Positions 1-9,285 are shown, counted from the first letter of the stretch. The stretch is 64,000 bases of DNA from an uncultured Spirochaetota bacterium (GCA_963781885.1 CAWAHW010000004.1:160001-224000); one strand, 5' to 3'. Notes: generated by a model not told the origin, from the sequence alone. Numbers and translations are program-made.

Positions 1-1220
1 GATTGCATACGCAGCCTCCTCAAGCCACCCGATCAACCATCGCGCCCCACAGGAACCCCGAGAGCTCTCGCGCCACCGCCGTCACCACGGTCTGAGAAGC
101 TTTGCCGCGAAAAAGCAGACGCAGAAATTTCTTGTTTAGCCGCCTGCACGCACGGTTGGCATAGCTGACCAAGGATGGAGAAAGACCCTCGCGTCGTTTC
201 ATCAACCGAGTGCTACTGGGATGGTAGCTGCGGTATTGCCAGGCGGCCTCCACCAGAAGTTTGCGCAGGTGGGAATTACCCGCCTTTGTGATTCCTCCCA
301 AGCGCCTCTTGTTTCCGCTGGATCGCTCGGAGGGCACCAACCCCAAAAACGCCATGAATTGATCCGCACCTGCAAAGCGCCGAAAGTCCCCGATCTCCGA
401 AACAAGCGACAAGGCGATCAGCGTCTCCACGCCCTTGAACGCCTTCAGCTTGGCTACAGGTTCGGCATAGCTTTTACCTGCCGCGATCTCTTCGATGCCC
501 GCCTTGATCCGCCGACACTTCTCCTCCAGCTCGTCGACTTGGCAGCGGTACTCGGTGAGAGTCAACTGCTCCAGCGGATCCTCCAACTCAAGAGCCTGCA
601 ACCATGCTCGATGCGGCTGCGTCCATGTGGCTCCTTGTTCATAACGTATCCGCCTCCGCAGAAGAAAACCCAGCACGCGCTGCTTGGCCTTGCGCAGATC
701 GGACTTCATGTCCTCCAGCATTCGTAGATAGTCGCGAACCGCTTCGTCTTCCCGCGTGGGTACATGAACGGCACTCACATCCCCGCTCCGAAGTGCGCGA
801 GCAAGCATCACAGCGTCCCTTCTATCGGTCTTTATGCGATCTCCCGGACGATGTGGAATCTGAGACGGAGCCAGCACCGCACACGGCACACCCAGTTCCG
901 TCAATTGTCGATACAGGGAATACCCTAGACATCCCGCCTCGTAGCATGTCACCAGGTCCCCCGCGGACTGGAGCTTCTTGAAATAGGCCTGGATTACGCT
1001 CTTTTCATTGCGAATCACCGTCTCGGCCCTCGGCTTCTGATCGCGCCCGCTCAGGATCGCTATGGCGATCTTTTCTTTGTCGACGTCCATGCCAACGTAA
1101 TGTACAATACCCATGACTGCCCCCTTGTGCGTTGTTTGTGGCGTGCCGCATCGAGACGCCAATCTCATGATACGGCCGATCCACGTTGTAGCAACCACCT
1201 GGGGGCACTTCATATTGTCT
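1..1220 (-). mobile_element. IS110-family insertion sequence (one end lies outside the window; upstream boundary approximate)
   Basis: Transposase plus an adjacent lower-GC non-coding segment. The boundary near 1220 is a guess, placed where an inverted-repeat segment begins. Confidence 0.7.
20..1114 (-). CDS. IS110-family transposase/recombinase (DEDD RuvC-like N-domain plus Transposase_20 domain)
   Basis: Motifs VGMDVDKE, CYEAG, KTDRRDA (DEDD), GLVPSERSSG and ITKAGNSHLRKLLVEAA. Start set at ATG 1114 (MGIVHYVG) behind SD-like AAGGGGG. Confidence 0.93.
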   Translation of the reverse strand: MGIVHYVGMDVDKEKIAIAILSGRDQKPRAETVIRNEKSVIQAYFKKLQSAGDLVTCYEAGCLGYSLYRQLTELGVPCAVLAPSQIPHRPGDRIKTDRRDAVMLARALRSGDVSAVHVPTREDEAVRDYLRMLEDMKSDLRKAKQRVLGFLLRRRIRYEQGATWTQPHRAWLQALELEDPLEQLTLTEYRCQVDELEEKCRRIKAGIEEIAAGKSYAEPVAKLKAFKGVETLIALSLVSEIGDFRRFAGADQFMAFLGLVPSERSSGNKRRLGGITKAGNSHLRKLLVEAAWQYRSYHPSSTRLMKRREGLSPSLVSYANRACRRLNKKFLRLLFRGKASQTVVTAVARELSGFLWGAMVDRVA

Positions 1221-1348
1221 CATTTTGGACCTTCCTGAGGTTTGGAAAAGGTATGCGGACTTTGAAAACGGCCTTTTATCAAGGGACAAAATGAGAACTG
1301 CATCATTCAGTCACCATACTGAGAATTGCTGACGGCCGCCGGCGGCAT

Positions 1349-1377
1349 TTGACCTTTTCTCCGCCAGATGCTATAGT
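1349..1377 (+). promoter_or_regulatory. sigma70-type promoter of the infC operon
   Basis: TTGACC-17 nt-TATAGT with extended -10 TG. Confidence 0.7.
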
Positions 1378-1411
1378 CGGCGAAATCCCCATCATGCGGG
1401 AAGGAGGTATA

Positions 1412-1942
1412 TTGGCCGAGAAGGATCTCAGGATCAATGAGGGCATACGGGTCCGCGAGGTGCGATTGATCGACGCGGACGGAAATCAGAAAGGCATCGT
1501 GCCGACATTCGAAGCGCTGCAGTTGGCAAGGGAGTCGGGTGCGGACCTCGTGGAGGTCGCGCCGCAGGCCCAGCCGCCGGTGTGCAAAATCCTCGACTAC
1601 GGGAAGTACAAGTTCGAGCTGGAGAAGAAAACCCGCGAGGCAAAGAAGCACCAGAAGCAGATCCAGATCAAGGAGATCCGGATGCAGCCGAAGATCGACA
1701 GGCACGACCTGGACTTCAAGACGCGCCACGTCCAGGAGTTCCTTGACGAGGGAAACAAGGTCAAGGTCACGGTGCGATTCCGGGGCCGCGAGCTTGCCCA
1801 CACCGAGCTCGGCAAGGATGTCCTCGACAAGATCCTCGAGATGCTCGGAGACTCCTTCCTCGTGGAGAAGCCCGCCCAGATGGAAGGGCGGACGATGTCG
1901 ATACTGCTGAATCCCAAGGGAAGCAAGGCCAAGAAAGGATAG
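1412..1942 (+). CDS. infC: translation initiation factor IF-3 (non-AUG start, TTG or ATA)
   Basis: [42 protein letters not shown]; SD AAGGAGG 1401-1407; first gene of infC-rpmI-rplT. Confidence 0.96.
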   Translation: MAEKDLRINEGIRVREVRLIDADGNQKGIVPTFEALQLARESGADLVEVAPQAQPPVCKILDYGKYKFELEKKTREAKKHQKQIQIKEIRMQPKIDRHDLDFKTRHVQEFLDEGNKVKVTVRFRGRELAHTELGKDVLDKILEMLGDSFLVEKPAQMEGRTMSILLNPKGSKAKKG

Positions 1943-1945
1943 ATC

Positions 1946-2149
1946 ATGCCGAAGATGAAGACCAAGAAGGCCGCGGCAAAGCGCTACAGCGTCACCGGCA
2001 CGGGCAAGGTGCGCTACAAGAAGCAGGGCCTGCGCCATATCCTCACGAAGAAGAACGCAAAGAGAAAGAGGCGCCTGCGCCTGCCCGCCATCCTCAGCTC
2101 CGTCGAGACGAAGAGGGTGAAGCAGCTGCTGCCGTACTCCGGCAGGTAG
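1946..2149 (+). CDS. rpmI: 50S ribosomal protein L35
   Basis: [21 protein letters not shown]...HILTKK; synteny. Confidence 0.97.
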   Translation: MPKMKTKKAAAKRYSVTGTGKVRYKKQGLRHILTKKNAKRKRRLRLPAILSSVETKRVKQLLPYSGR

Positions 2150-2180
2150 CCGGCTCGCGCGCTTTCGCAACGCACGAGAG

Positions 2181-2269
2181 CAGAATGTCACGGGGTACCG
2201 TGACCGCGATCAGAATGTCACGGGGTACCGTGACCGCGATCAGAATGTCACGGGGTACCGTGACCGCGA
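2181..2269. repeat. 3 x 30-bp tandem hairpin repeat CAGAATGTCACGGGGTACCGTGACCGCGAT
   Basis: Units start at 2181, 2211, 2241; each has stem GTCACGG/CCGTGAC and loop GGTA. Confidence 0.97.
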
Positions 2270-2284
2270 AGGAGAAGCTGAGAC

Positions 2285-2659
2285 ATGCCACGCTCAAAAA
2301 ACGGCACACGGAGGCGGGAACGCCGCCACAAGATAATGAAGATCGCCAAGGGGTACTGGGGCGGCAGGAGCCGTCTCTTCAAGACCGCCAAAGAAGCGGT
2401 GATGAAGGGGCTCGCTTCCAACTACCGGGACCGCCGACGGCGCAAGGGAGAGTTCCGCAGGCTGTGGATCGCGCGTATTTCCGCCGCGGTCCGCGCTGAG
2501 GGCATCACCTACTCGCAGTTCATTCACGGCCTCTCGGAGGCGGGAGTGATGCTGAACCGCAAGGCGCTTTCCAACATGGCGATCGAGGACCCGGTTGCTT
2601 TCAAGGCAATCGTCGCCAAGGCCAAGGAAACGCTCGCGGCAGGCGCCGTCACGCAATGA
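2285..2659 (+). CDS. rplT: 50S ribosomal protein L20
   Basis: AKGYWGGRSRLFKTAKE, YRDRRRRKGEFRRLWIARISA, LNRKALSNMAIEDP. Confidence 0.97.
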   Translation: MPRSKNGTRRRERRHKIMKIAKGYWGGRSRLFKTAKEAVMKGLASNYRDRRRRKGEFRRLWIARISAAVRAEGITYSQFIHGLSEAGVMLNRKALSNMAIEDPVAFKAIVAKAKETLAAGAVTQ

Positions 2660-3168
2660 TTTCTCTCGAGCAGATCAAGCTCCTCGAAGGCAAGATCACA
2701 AAAGCCATCGAGCTCATCCGCGTCCTGAAGGAAGAGAACTCCACGCTCCGCAAGGGGCTGGAGTCCGCGCAGAAACGGATGAGGGAGCTGGAATCGCTCG
2801 TGGATGGATTCAAGGCCGACCAGAAGGAGATCGAATCGGTCATCGTGCGGACGCTCCATACGCTGGATGAGCTGGAAGAGAGCAGCATCGCGAAACGCCA
2901 GGAACGCGAGCAGGCAGGCTCCCCGGCGGCGACTGACGCAGTTTCCGCTGCTGCGCCGCGCGGCAACACGACCCTGTCGCGGCCTGTCGCGGCCGCTCCT
3001 GGCGGCATTCCGGCGGTCGCTCCTTCCGCTCCTGGCGGAGTCGGCGGCATTCCGGCGGTCGCTCCTTCCGCTCCTGGCGGAGTCGGCGGCGTGCAAGGAC
3101 CCGCATCGGGCGCTGCCCCGCATGAGGCTCCACCCGCGCCGACAAAGGAAGAGCTGGATATCTTCTAG
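2656..3168 (+). CDS. zapB: ZapB-like coiled-coil cell division protein with a low-complexity tail
   Basis: MISLEQIKLLEGKITKAIELIRVLKEEN resembles the ZapB N-terminus; directly upstream of zapA. Confidence 0.7.
   Translation: MISLEQIKLLEGKITKAIELIRVLKEENSTLRKGLESAQKRMRELESLVDGFKADQKEIESVIVRTLHTLDELEESSIAKRQEREQAGSPAATDAVSAAAPRGNTTLSRPVAAAPGGIPAVAPSAPGGVGGIPAVAPSAPGGVGGVQGPASGAAPHEAPPAPTKEELDIF
3001..3084. repeat. 2 x 42-bp in-frame tandem repeat (GGIPAVAPSAPGGV) inside the zapB-like gene
   Basis: Exact duplication 3001-3042 / 3043-3084. Confidence 0.95.
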
Positions 3169-3174
3169 GCATTC

Positions 3175-3501
3175 ATGGAGAAGCGGCAGCTCCGGATAGA
3201 AGTCCTGGGAACCTCGTTCACAATCCAGTCGAGCGAAAGCCCGGAGCAGCTTGCCCGCCTTTCATCCTACGTCAAAGCCCGCATCGAGGAAGTGAAGAGT
3301 CGCTACGCTTTTGCCGATCCGCTCACCGTCGCGGTTCTTGCGGCGCTCAATATCGCGGATGAGCTTTTCAAGACGCGCGACGGCCGCGACACCGATTCAC
3401 AGGGCGAAGAGATCGAAAACGTCGCCGAGCGGCTCATCAATCGCATGGACGACGAGCTGCTCGACCACACGCCTTTCGACGACGACATCCTGCCGCGGTA
3501 G
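3175..3501 (+). CDS. zapA: cell division protein ZapA
   Basis: IEVLGTSFTI...VAVLAALNIADELF signature. Confidence 0.9.
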   Translation: MEKRQLRIEVLGTSFTIQSSESPEQLARLSSYVKARIEEVKSRYAFADPLTVAVLAALNIADELFKTRDGRDTDSQGEEIENVAERLINRMDDELLDHTPFDDDILPR

Positions 3502-3504
3502 CCG

Positions 3505-4518
3505 CTACTTTCCGTCATCCCCGTATCGACAGCCTTCCCTGCCCACCACGCGGGCGGCGAGCGCGTTCGCAAGCCGGGCGCAGGAGCGCGCGTCGGCGCC
3601 GGCAAGGTGACCGTAGAGGAAGCCCGCGGCGAAGGAATCACCGGCGCCGGTCGTGTCGACGACTTTCGCCGGCACGCCCGGCTCCAAATCGACCGCGCCG
3701 TCGTGCGCGACGATGCATCCCTTCCCGCCCACCTTCATGACCGCGATCGGCGACATCTTCGCGGCGACGCCGACGCAGTCCTCGTCGCAGGAGCCGCCCG
3801 TGAGCAGGGAGAGCTCGTCCTGGTTGCCGAAGAGGAGGTCCACCCTGCCGGGAATCCACGCGCGGAACTGCTCCCCGTAGCGGCGGACGGCGAAAGGATC
3901 GGCAAGGTCGAAAGCGACAGGGATGCCGCGCGCGCGCGCCAACGTGACGGCGCTTTCCGCGGCCCGGCGCTGATTCTCCGTGTCCCAAAGATACCCGGTG
4001 AGATAGAGCATGCGCGAGGCGGCCAGAAGACGCGTGTCCAGGTCGGACGACTGGAAGTCGCGACAGGCGCCGAGAAAGGTATTCATCGTGCGCTCGCCTT
4101 CAGGTGTCACGAGGATCACCGATGTCCCCGTCGGGGTCTCCTTGCGCACGAGCGCGACGGCGACGCCGGCCTCGACGATGAGGGAGGAGAACTCGTCTCC
4201 CCGGTCGTCGGCTCCGACCGCGCCGTTGAACACCGGTGCGGCGAGCGCGCCGTCCGCGCCCGGCGAGTTGCCGAGGATTCCGCGGCGGAAAGCGCGGCCG
4301 TCCGGGCCGGAAAGCCACGCGATGCCGCGCGCCATGTTCGCGGCGCTCCCTCCCGGCATCGTGCGGATGGAGCCCAGCTCGCGAAGCAGCGCGAGGATCT
4401 CATCGTAGTCAACCAGGTGCATCGTCCCGGGGACCTTCGAGAATCGCGTCAGGAAGGCATGATCCACGTGCGCGATCACGTCCATGAGGGGGTTCTCCAC
4501 TGCGTACACGGAATGCAC
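3505..4518 (-). CDS. PfkB/ribokinase-family carbohydrate (adenosine-like) kinase
   Basis: PGGSAANMARG and VVDTTGAGDSFAAGFLYG signatures; GTG start at 4518 behind AGGAGG. Confidence 0.9.
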   Translation of the reverse strand: MHSVYAVENPLMDVIAHVDHAFLTRFSKVPGTMHLVDYDEILALLRELGSIRTMPGGSAANMARGIAWLSGPDGRAFRRGILGNSPGADGALAAPVFNGAVGADDRGDEFSSLIVEAGVAVALVRKETPTGTSVILVTPEGERTMNTFLGACRDFQSSDLDTRLLAASRMLYLTGYLWDTENQRRAAESAVTLARARGIPVAFDLADPFAVRRYGEQFRAWIPGRVDLLFGNQDELSLLTGGSCDEDCVGVAAKMSPIAVMKVGGKGCIVAHDGAVDLEPGVPAKVVDTTGAGDSFAAGFLYGHLAGADARSCARLANALAARVVGREGCRYGDDGK

Positions 4519-4532
4519 CGAGGCGCCTCCTG

Positions 4533-4689
4533 AAATGCCACCGCCTACGGTGGCCGCAAATGCCACCGCCTACGGTGGCCGCAAATGCCACCGCCTACGG
4601 TGGCCGCAAATGCCACCGCCTACGGTGGCCGCAAATGCCACCGCCTACGGTGGCCGCAAATGCCACCGCCTACGGTGGCCGCAAATGCC
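4533..4689. repeat. 6 x 25-bp tandem hairpin repeat AAATGCCACCGCCTACGGTGGCCGC plus a partial unit
   Basis: Identical units at 4533, 4558, 4583, 4608, 4633, 4658; stem GCCACCG/CGGTGGC, loop CCTA; no spacers. Confidence 0.97.
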
Positions 4690-4694
4690 TTCAA

Positions 4695-4724
4695 TTGACA
4701 GGCGCGACGGCGCCGACGTATAGT
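4695..4724 (+). promoter_or_regulatory. sigma70-type promoter of the PilZ gene
   Basis: TTGACA-18 nt-TATAGT. Confidence 0.65.
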
Positions 4725-4750
4725 TCCCATACTAAGGAAGCGATGCCGTC

Positions 4751-5704
4751 ATGTCCATCGTCACAAGCCAGCAGCTGGCACGCTACTACGAGCAGTTCAA
4801 GAGCACGGACGTCACGTTCAACAAGCAGGTCATCGCTGCCACGGGGCTCGTGAGCCGCAGCGTCTACCTGAAGATTCAGGATCGCCAGATCCCGTGCATC
4901 GTGTTTTCCAGCTCCATGTCCTCCGCCCGCGTCATCGCGAGCGTGAGCGCGACCATGATCGCGAGCCTGACAAAAGACAACAACCGCGTCGCCCTGCGGT
5001 GGTGCTTCAAGCAACCGGACAAGGTGGAGCCGATCACCTTCTTCGTCACCTGCCACCCCGCGGGATTCACCCACTACGCCGTCCAGGGTCCCGACGTGCA
5101 TTTCATCTCGCTGGAGTTCACGCAGCGCCCGCCGGACGACCTGATCCAGATCGTCGGAACGCTGCTGGAGGCGACGGCGAACGCGCAGCGCCGCAAGGAC
5201 GAGCGGATCATCATCAACCCCGAGACGATGAAGAAGCTGGGGCTGGAGACGCGGGAGGCGGCTCTCCTCCTGGGCGGCGCGACAATCCGCTGCGTGCTGC
5301 GCGACCTCTCGTTCAGCGGCGCCAAGGTGGTGGCCTCGGGAAATCCCGCCGCGTTCAACGGAAAAAAGGCGAGCCTTCGCATTGCGCGCGGGGAACAGGC
5401 CGGTGAGATGACCCTGCCGGGATCCATCCGCCGTGTGGAAGAGGTCGGGGGCCGCAAGGACATCCTGGCCGTCAGCATCGAGTACGACGGGGAATCCCCG
5501 ATGACCTACAAGCTCCTCATCAACTCGTATATCGCATCGGCGCGGAAAGCGTCACAGGACGCGCAGAAAAGGGCCGCCGAGCAGGCGGCCGCGCCGGCGG
5601 GTAAAAAGGACGCGGCTCCCGCCGCTGAGGGCGCTCCCGCGCCCCTTGCGGAAGGCGCGAAGACGACGGATCCCGCGGCGGGTGACAAAACCCCGGATGG
5701 ATGA
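4751..5704 (+). CDS. PlzA-like c-di-GMP receptor (spirochete N-terminal PilZ-like domain plus PilZ)
   Basis: RxxxR (RKDER) and DxSxxG (DLSFSG) motifs; N-terminus typical of spirochete PlzA homologues. Confidence 0.82.
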   Translation: MSIVTSQQLARYYEQFKSTDVTFNKQVIAATGLVSRSVYLKIQDRQIPCIVFSSSMSSARVIASVSATMIASLTKDNNRVALRWCFKQPDKVEPITFFVTCHPAGFTHYAVQGPDVHFISLEFTQRPPDDLIQIVGTLLEATANAQRRKDERIIINPETMKKLGLETREAALLLGGATIRCVLRDLSFSGAKVVASGNPAAFNGKKASLRIARGEQAGEMTLPGSIRRVEEVGGRKDILAVSIEYDGESPMTYKLLINSYIASARKASQDAQKRAAEQAAAPAGKKDAAPAAEGAPAPLAEGAKTTDPAAGDKTPDG

Positions 5705-6810
5705 TTCGGCGCGACTGGCGAACGTCGCATTCGTCTCCATCGCCCAGACCCGGCAGAGGCAGATCGGAGATTTCGTGCTCGACCCGGACATCCTCCTGCC
5801 CGTCGAGCTTCCGCCGGGCACGGAGTCCATTGCCGGCCGGGGACCTGAGCTGGGAGGCGATCGTTGCCGGCACCCTCAAGGTGCTCGCGTGGGACGCGGG
5901 CAATGCCCACGCCGACTACTACCGCCGGTTCGTGCTCGCCGTGAAGCCGGAGATCCGCAAGGAGTTCACGCACGCCGGCATCCTCAAGGCGCGCAACGGC
6001 GAAGCGGACGCGGCGATAGAGATCTTCAAGGCCATGGAGGGCCTTTTCCCGGACGATCCGGTGACCTTGATGAACCTCGCCCTGGCGTACGAGGAGAGAG
6101 GCCGGCAGCTCGAGAAGCTCGATCGGGACGAGCAGGCGGAAGAGATGCAGGCCCAGGCATTCGAGGCGTACAAGGCCGCGCTCGCCGCCGACCCGACCGA
6201 GCCCACCATCCACTACAATCTGGCCTACTTCTACCTGCACCAGCGCTCGTTCGAAAAGGCCCGCGAGCATCTGCAGGAGTACGCACGCGCCGGCACGGAT
6301 GAAAGACGCGTCCGGGAGGCCCGACGGCTCATCAGCGAGATCGACGACCAGGGGCTCATGGACGGGCTCTTCCAGGGCGCGTTCGACAGCATCCGCATGG
6401 GAAAGGAGCAGGAGGGGATCGACCAGATCACGCGATTCCTCTCGACCCGTCCCACGGTTCCCAACGCGTGGTTCCTGCTCGGCTGGGCCAACCGCAGACT
6501 CGGCCGCTACGCGGAGGGTCGCGACGCGTTCCTGAAGGCACTGGAGCGGGGATCGCCGCACGCGGACCTCCTGAATGAGCTCGCCATCTGTCTCATGGAG
6601 CTGGGAGAGCTTGCGCAGAGCCGCGCGCGCCTGGAAGAGGCCCTCGCCCTCGAGCCGGAAAACACGAAGGTCATCTCCAACCTCGGGATCCTGTCCCTGA
6701 AAACCGGCGATCGTGACGATGCGCTGGGTTTCTTCCGCACGGTGCTTGAAATCGAGCCCGAGGACCGCATTGCCGCCCGCTATATACAGGAACTCGGCAA
6801 AAAAGAATAG
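5697..6810 (+). CDS. tetratricopeptide-repeat protein, apparently frameshifted near 5829
   Basis: TPR motifs (TLMNLALAYEE, IHYNLAYFY, AWFLLGWA, LLNELAICL, VISNLGIL) in frame 5701. The protein-like N-terminus (MDDSARL...DPDILLPVELPPG) is in the frame starting at ATG 5697. Confidence 0.8.
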
Positions 6811-6820
6811 AAAAAACCGC

Positions 6821-6848
6821 TCAAGTCTCAACTTCGCCCTGTCGAAAA
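6821..6848 (+). promoter_or_regulatory. possible sigma28 (FliA) promoter for the first flaB
   Basis: TCAA-16 nt-GTCGAAAA versus consensus TAAA-N15-GCCGATAA. Confidence 0.4.
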
Positions 6849-7015
6849 AATGACTGGGGGTAGCTCCGGCCGCTCGCCACGGCCCCTCCCTCTTCCCGCT
6901 ACTCTGTGTATCGGCCTGCCTGGAAGGTCGGTCAAGGGAAATCGGAAACGAGGAGAAGGACCGCCGGGCATCGGCGCAACCACCGTTGCCGTGCCGGTGG
7001 CACGGCGGGTGAGAA

Positions 7016-7037
7016 TCCCGGGCATGGATGCCCGGGA
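7016..7037 (+). promoter_or_regulatory. CsrA-binding-type hairpin (AUGGA in loop) in the flaB leader
   Basis: TCCCGGGCA-TGGA-TGCCCGGGA, 27 nt upstream of the ATG. Confidence 0.65.
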
Positions 7038-7064
7038 AGGGCACTATTCGTCAGGGAGGATGAC

Positions 7065-7925
7065 ATGATCATCAATCACAACATGAGCGCGATCTTCGCC
7101 GATCGTCAGCTGAAGCTGAACAATCAGGCTCTCGACAAGAACATGGAGAAGCTCTCGTCGGGAAGCAGGATCACGCGCGCGGGCGACGATGCGTCGGGTC
7201 TGGCCGTCTCGGAAAAGATGCGTTCCCAGATCCGCGGCCTGACCCAGGCCAGCGCGAACGCCGCCAACGGCATCTCCTTCATCCAGACCACGGAGGGCTA
7301 CCTCCAGGAGTCGCAGGACATCATCCAGAGGCTGCGCGAGCTGTCCGTGCAGTCGGCCAACGGCGTCTACACCGACGAGGACCGCATGCAGATCCAGGTC
7401 GAGGTCTCCGCCCTGGTCAACGAGGTGGACCGCATCGCCTCTCATGCCCAGTTCAACGGCATGAACATGCTCACGGGACGCTTCGCGCGCGAAGCCGGCC
7501 AGAACGTCGTCACCGCCTCCATGTGGCTGCAGATCGGGGCCAACATGGACCAGCGCACGCGCGTGTTCGTCGGCACGATGACCTCCGAGGCGCTGGGCAT
7601 CCGCAACGTCGGCAGCAAGGCGATCATCTCGCTGTCCACCCCCGACGGGGCCAACAGGTCCATCGGACAGTTGGACGTGGCGTTGAAGACGATCAACAAG
7701 CAGCGGGCGGATCTGGGCGCCTACCAGAACAGGCTGGAGTACGCGGTGAAGGGCCTGGACATCGGCGCGGAGAACCTCCAGGCGGCCGAGTCGAGGATCC
7801 GCGACGCGGACATGGCCACCGAGATGGTGGACTACACGAAGAACGCCATCCTCACCCAGGCAGCCACCGCCATGCTCGCCCAGGCGAACACGAAGACCAG
7901 GACGGTGTTGCAGCTGCTCCAGTAG
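7065..7925 (+). CDS. flaB: flagellar filament core protein (flagellin) FlaB
   Basis: [49 protein letters not shown]. Confidence 0.97.
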   Translation: MIINHNMSAIFADRQLKLNNQALDKNMEKLSSGSRITRAGDDASGLAVSEKMRSQIRGLTQASANAANGISFIQTTEGYLQESQDIIQRLRELSVQSANGVYTDEDRMQIQVEVSALVNEVDRIASHAQFNGMNMLTGRFAREAGQNVVTASMWLQIGANMDQRTRVFVGTMTSEALGIRNVGSKAIISLSTPDGANRSIGQLDVALKTINKQRADLGAYQNRLEYAVKGLDIGAENLQAAESRIRDADMATEMVDYTKNAILTQAATAMLAQANTKTRTVLQLLQ

Positions 7926-8072
7926 TGGAGTACATTGGATGACTGGCTCAGCCATTGACGCGCGCATCCGTGCGTGTCGTGGCTGAGCGTTTTGCACTTG
8001 GTTCTTTGACAAAAGCACCCTCCTGCCGGTGCCGCGGAATCACACGGAATGCCCGCGCCGCGCGCCGGTCAA

Positions 8073-8246
8073 AAATGCCACCGGTTACGGTGGCCGCAAG
8101 TGCCACTGGGTACAGTGGCCGCTCGTGCGTGTGCCAAGAAAAAGGAAACCAGGACCTCGAAGGGACGCCGCAAATGCCACCGGTTACGGTGGCCGCAAAT
8201 GCCACCGGTTACGGTGGCCGCAAATGCCACTGGTCACAGTGGCCGC
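8073..8246. repeat. five 25-bp hairpin units (2+3) of the same repeat family between the flagellin genes
   Basis: Units at 8073, 8098, 8172, 8197, 8222; stems GCCACCG/CGGTGGC or GCCACTG/CAGTGGC; loops GTTA, GGTA, GTCA. Confidence 0.95.
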
Positions 8247-8361
8247 GGATGGTCGCCCGGGGATGCGGGTTTCCTTGTTGCTCGGGAAAAGGGGAACGGT
8301 GAAAGGGACGCGCGAGTCCCTTCCGTGAAGAATCCCGACAGCACACGGGGCAGAAGCGTCG

Positions 8362-8388
8362 TCAAACGGCACGTCACAGGGCCGACGA
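8362..8388 (+). promoter_or_regulatory. sigma28 (FliA)-type promoter for the second flaB
   Basis: TCAA-15 nt-GCCGACGA, about 55 nt upstream of the ATG. Confidence 0.65.
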
Positions 8389-8403
8389 AGCGACGTGAAG
8401 CCC

Positions 8404-8421
8404 GGAGGCACGGATGCCTCC
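8404..8421 (+). promoter_or_regulatory. CsrA-binding-type hairpin (ACGGA) in the second flaB leader
   Basis: GGAGGCA-CGGA-TGCCTCC, 21 nt upstream of the ATG. Confidence 0.65.
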
Positions 8422-8442
8422 CACGAAGGCAAGGAGGGTCAC

Positions 8443-9285
8443 ATGATCATCAACCACAACATGAGCGCTCTGTACGCGAACAGGCAGGTCAAATTCAACG
8501 AGATTGACCTGAACAAGGACATCCAGAAGCTGTCCACCGGGATGCGGATCAACAGCGCGGGCGACGACGCGTCGGGTTTGGCGGTGTCGGAAAAGATGCG
8601 CTCGCAGATCCGCGGGCTCAACCAGGCGGAGCAGAACATCGAGAACGCGGTGTCCTTCATCCAGACGACCGAAGGCTACCTGAGCGAGACCCAGGACATC
8701 ATGCACCGGGTCCGTGAGCTGGCTGTCCAGTCGGCGAACGGCATCTACACGCAGGAAGACCGGATGCAGATACAGGTCGAGGTTTCGCAGCTCGTCGACG
8801 AGGTCAACAGGATCGCGTCCCATGCCCAGTTCAATGGCATGAACATCCTCACCGGTCGCTTCGCGAACCCCGCGGGGGGCGGCACGGCGACGGCAGAGAT
8901 GTTCTTCCAGGTCGGGGCGAACATGGATCAGCGCAAGCAGGTGTTCATCGGCACCATGACGGCGGCGGCACTCGGGCTCAAGGGGATTTCGATCTCCACG
9001 CCCGACAAGGCGAACGCGGTCATCGGAACCGTGGACAACGCATTGAGGACGGTTTCCAAGCAGCGCGCCGATCTCGGCGCCTACCAGAACCGTTTCGAGA
9101 TGGCAGCCAAGGGTGTCTCGGTCGCGGCCGAGAACATGCAGGCCGCGGAGTCGCTGATTCGCGATACAGACATGGCGGCACAAATGGTCGACTATACGAA
9201 AAACGCAATCCTGATGCAGTCAAGCACTGCGATGCTGGCGCAGGCCAACCAGAAACCAAGGACGGTCCTGACGCTTCTGCAGTAG
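8443..9285 (+). CDS. flaB: flagellar filament core protein (flagellin) FlaB, second paralogue
   Basis: [15 protein letters not shown], same conserved N- and C-terminal flagellin motifs; SD AAGGAGG. Confidence 0.97.
   Translation: MIINHNMSALYANRQVKFNEIDLNKDIQKLSTGMRINSAGDDASGLAVSEKMRSQIRGLNQAEQNIENAVSFIQTTEGYLSETQDIMHRVRELAVQSANGIYTQEDRMQIQVEVSQLVDEVNRIASHAQFNGMNILTGRFANPAGGGTATAEMFFQVGANMDQRKQVFIGTMTAAALGLKGISISTPDKANAVIGTVDNALRTVSKQRADLGAYQNRFEMAAKGVSVAAENMQAAESLIRDTDMAAQMVDYTKNAILMQSSTAMLAQANQKPRTVLTLLQ

Noticed and set aside
2185-2499. ORF with MSRGTVTAIR repeats
   Set aside because: By-product of a 30-bp stop-free repeat; overlaps rplT out of frame.
3502-3520. 6S RNA downstream of zapA
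   Set aside because: zapA is followed within 3 nt by the convergent kinase stop, leaving no room.
4519-4566. N-terminal extension MAFAATVGGG of the PfkB kinase
   Set aside because: Derived from the repeat array; a GTG with AGGAGG at 4518 fits the family start.
4533-4689. CRISPR array
   Set aside because: The palindromic 25-bp repeats are directly adjacent with no spacers, and there are no cas genes in the window.
6850-7064. c-di-GMP riboswitch in the long flaB leader
   Set aside because: Hairpins are present, but I found no GEMM-I (GGCAAAC...GAAA...GACGCAAAG) or class II core.
8073-8246. Mini-CRISPR with one 49-nt spacer
   Set aside because: Only one unique segment; the other repeats abut; the same units occur spacer-less elsewhere.
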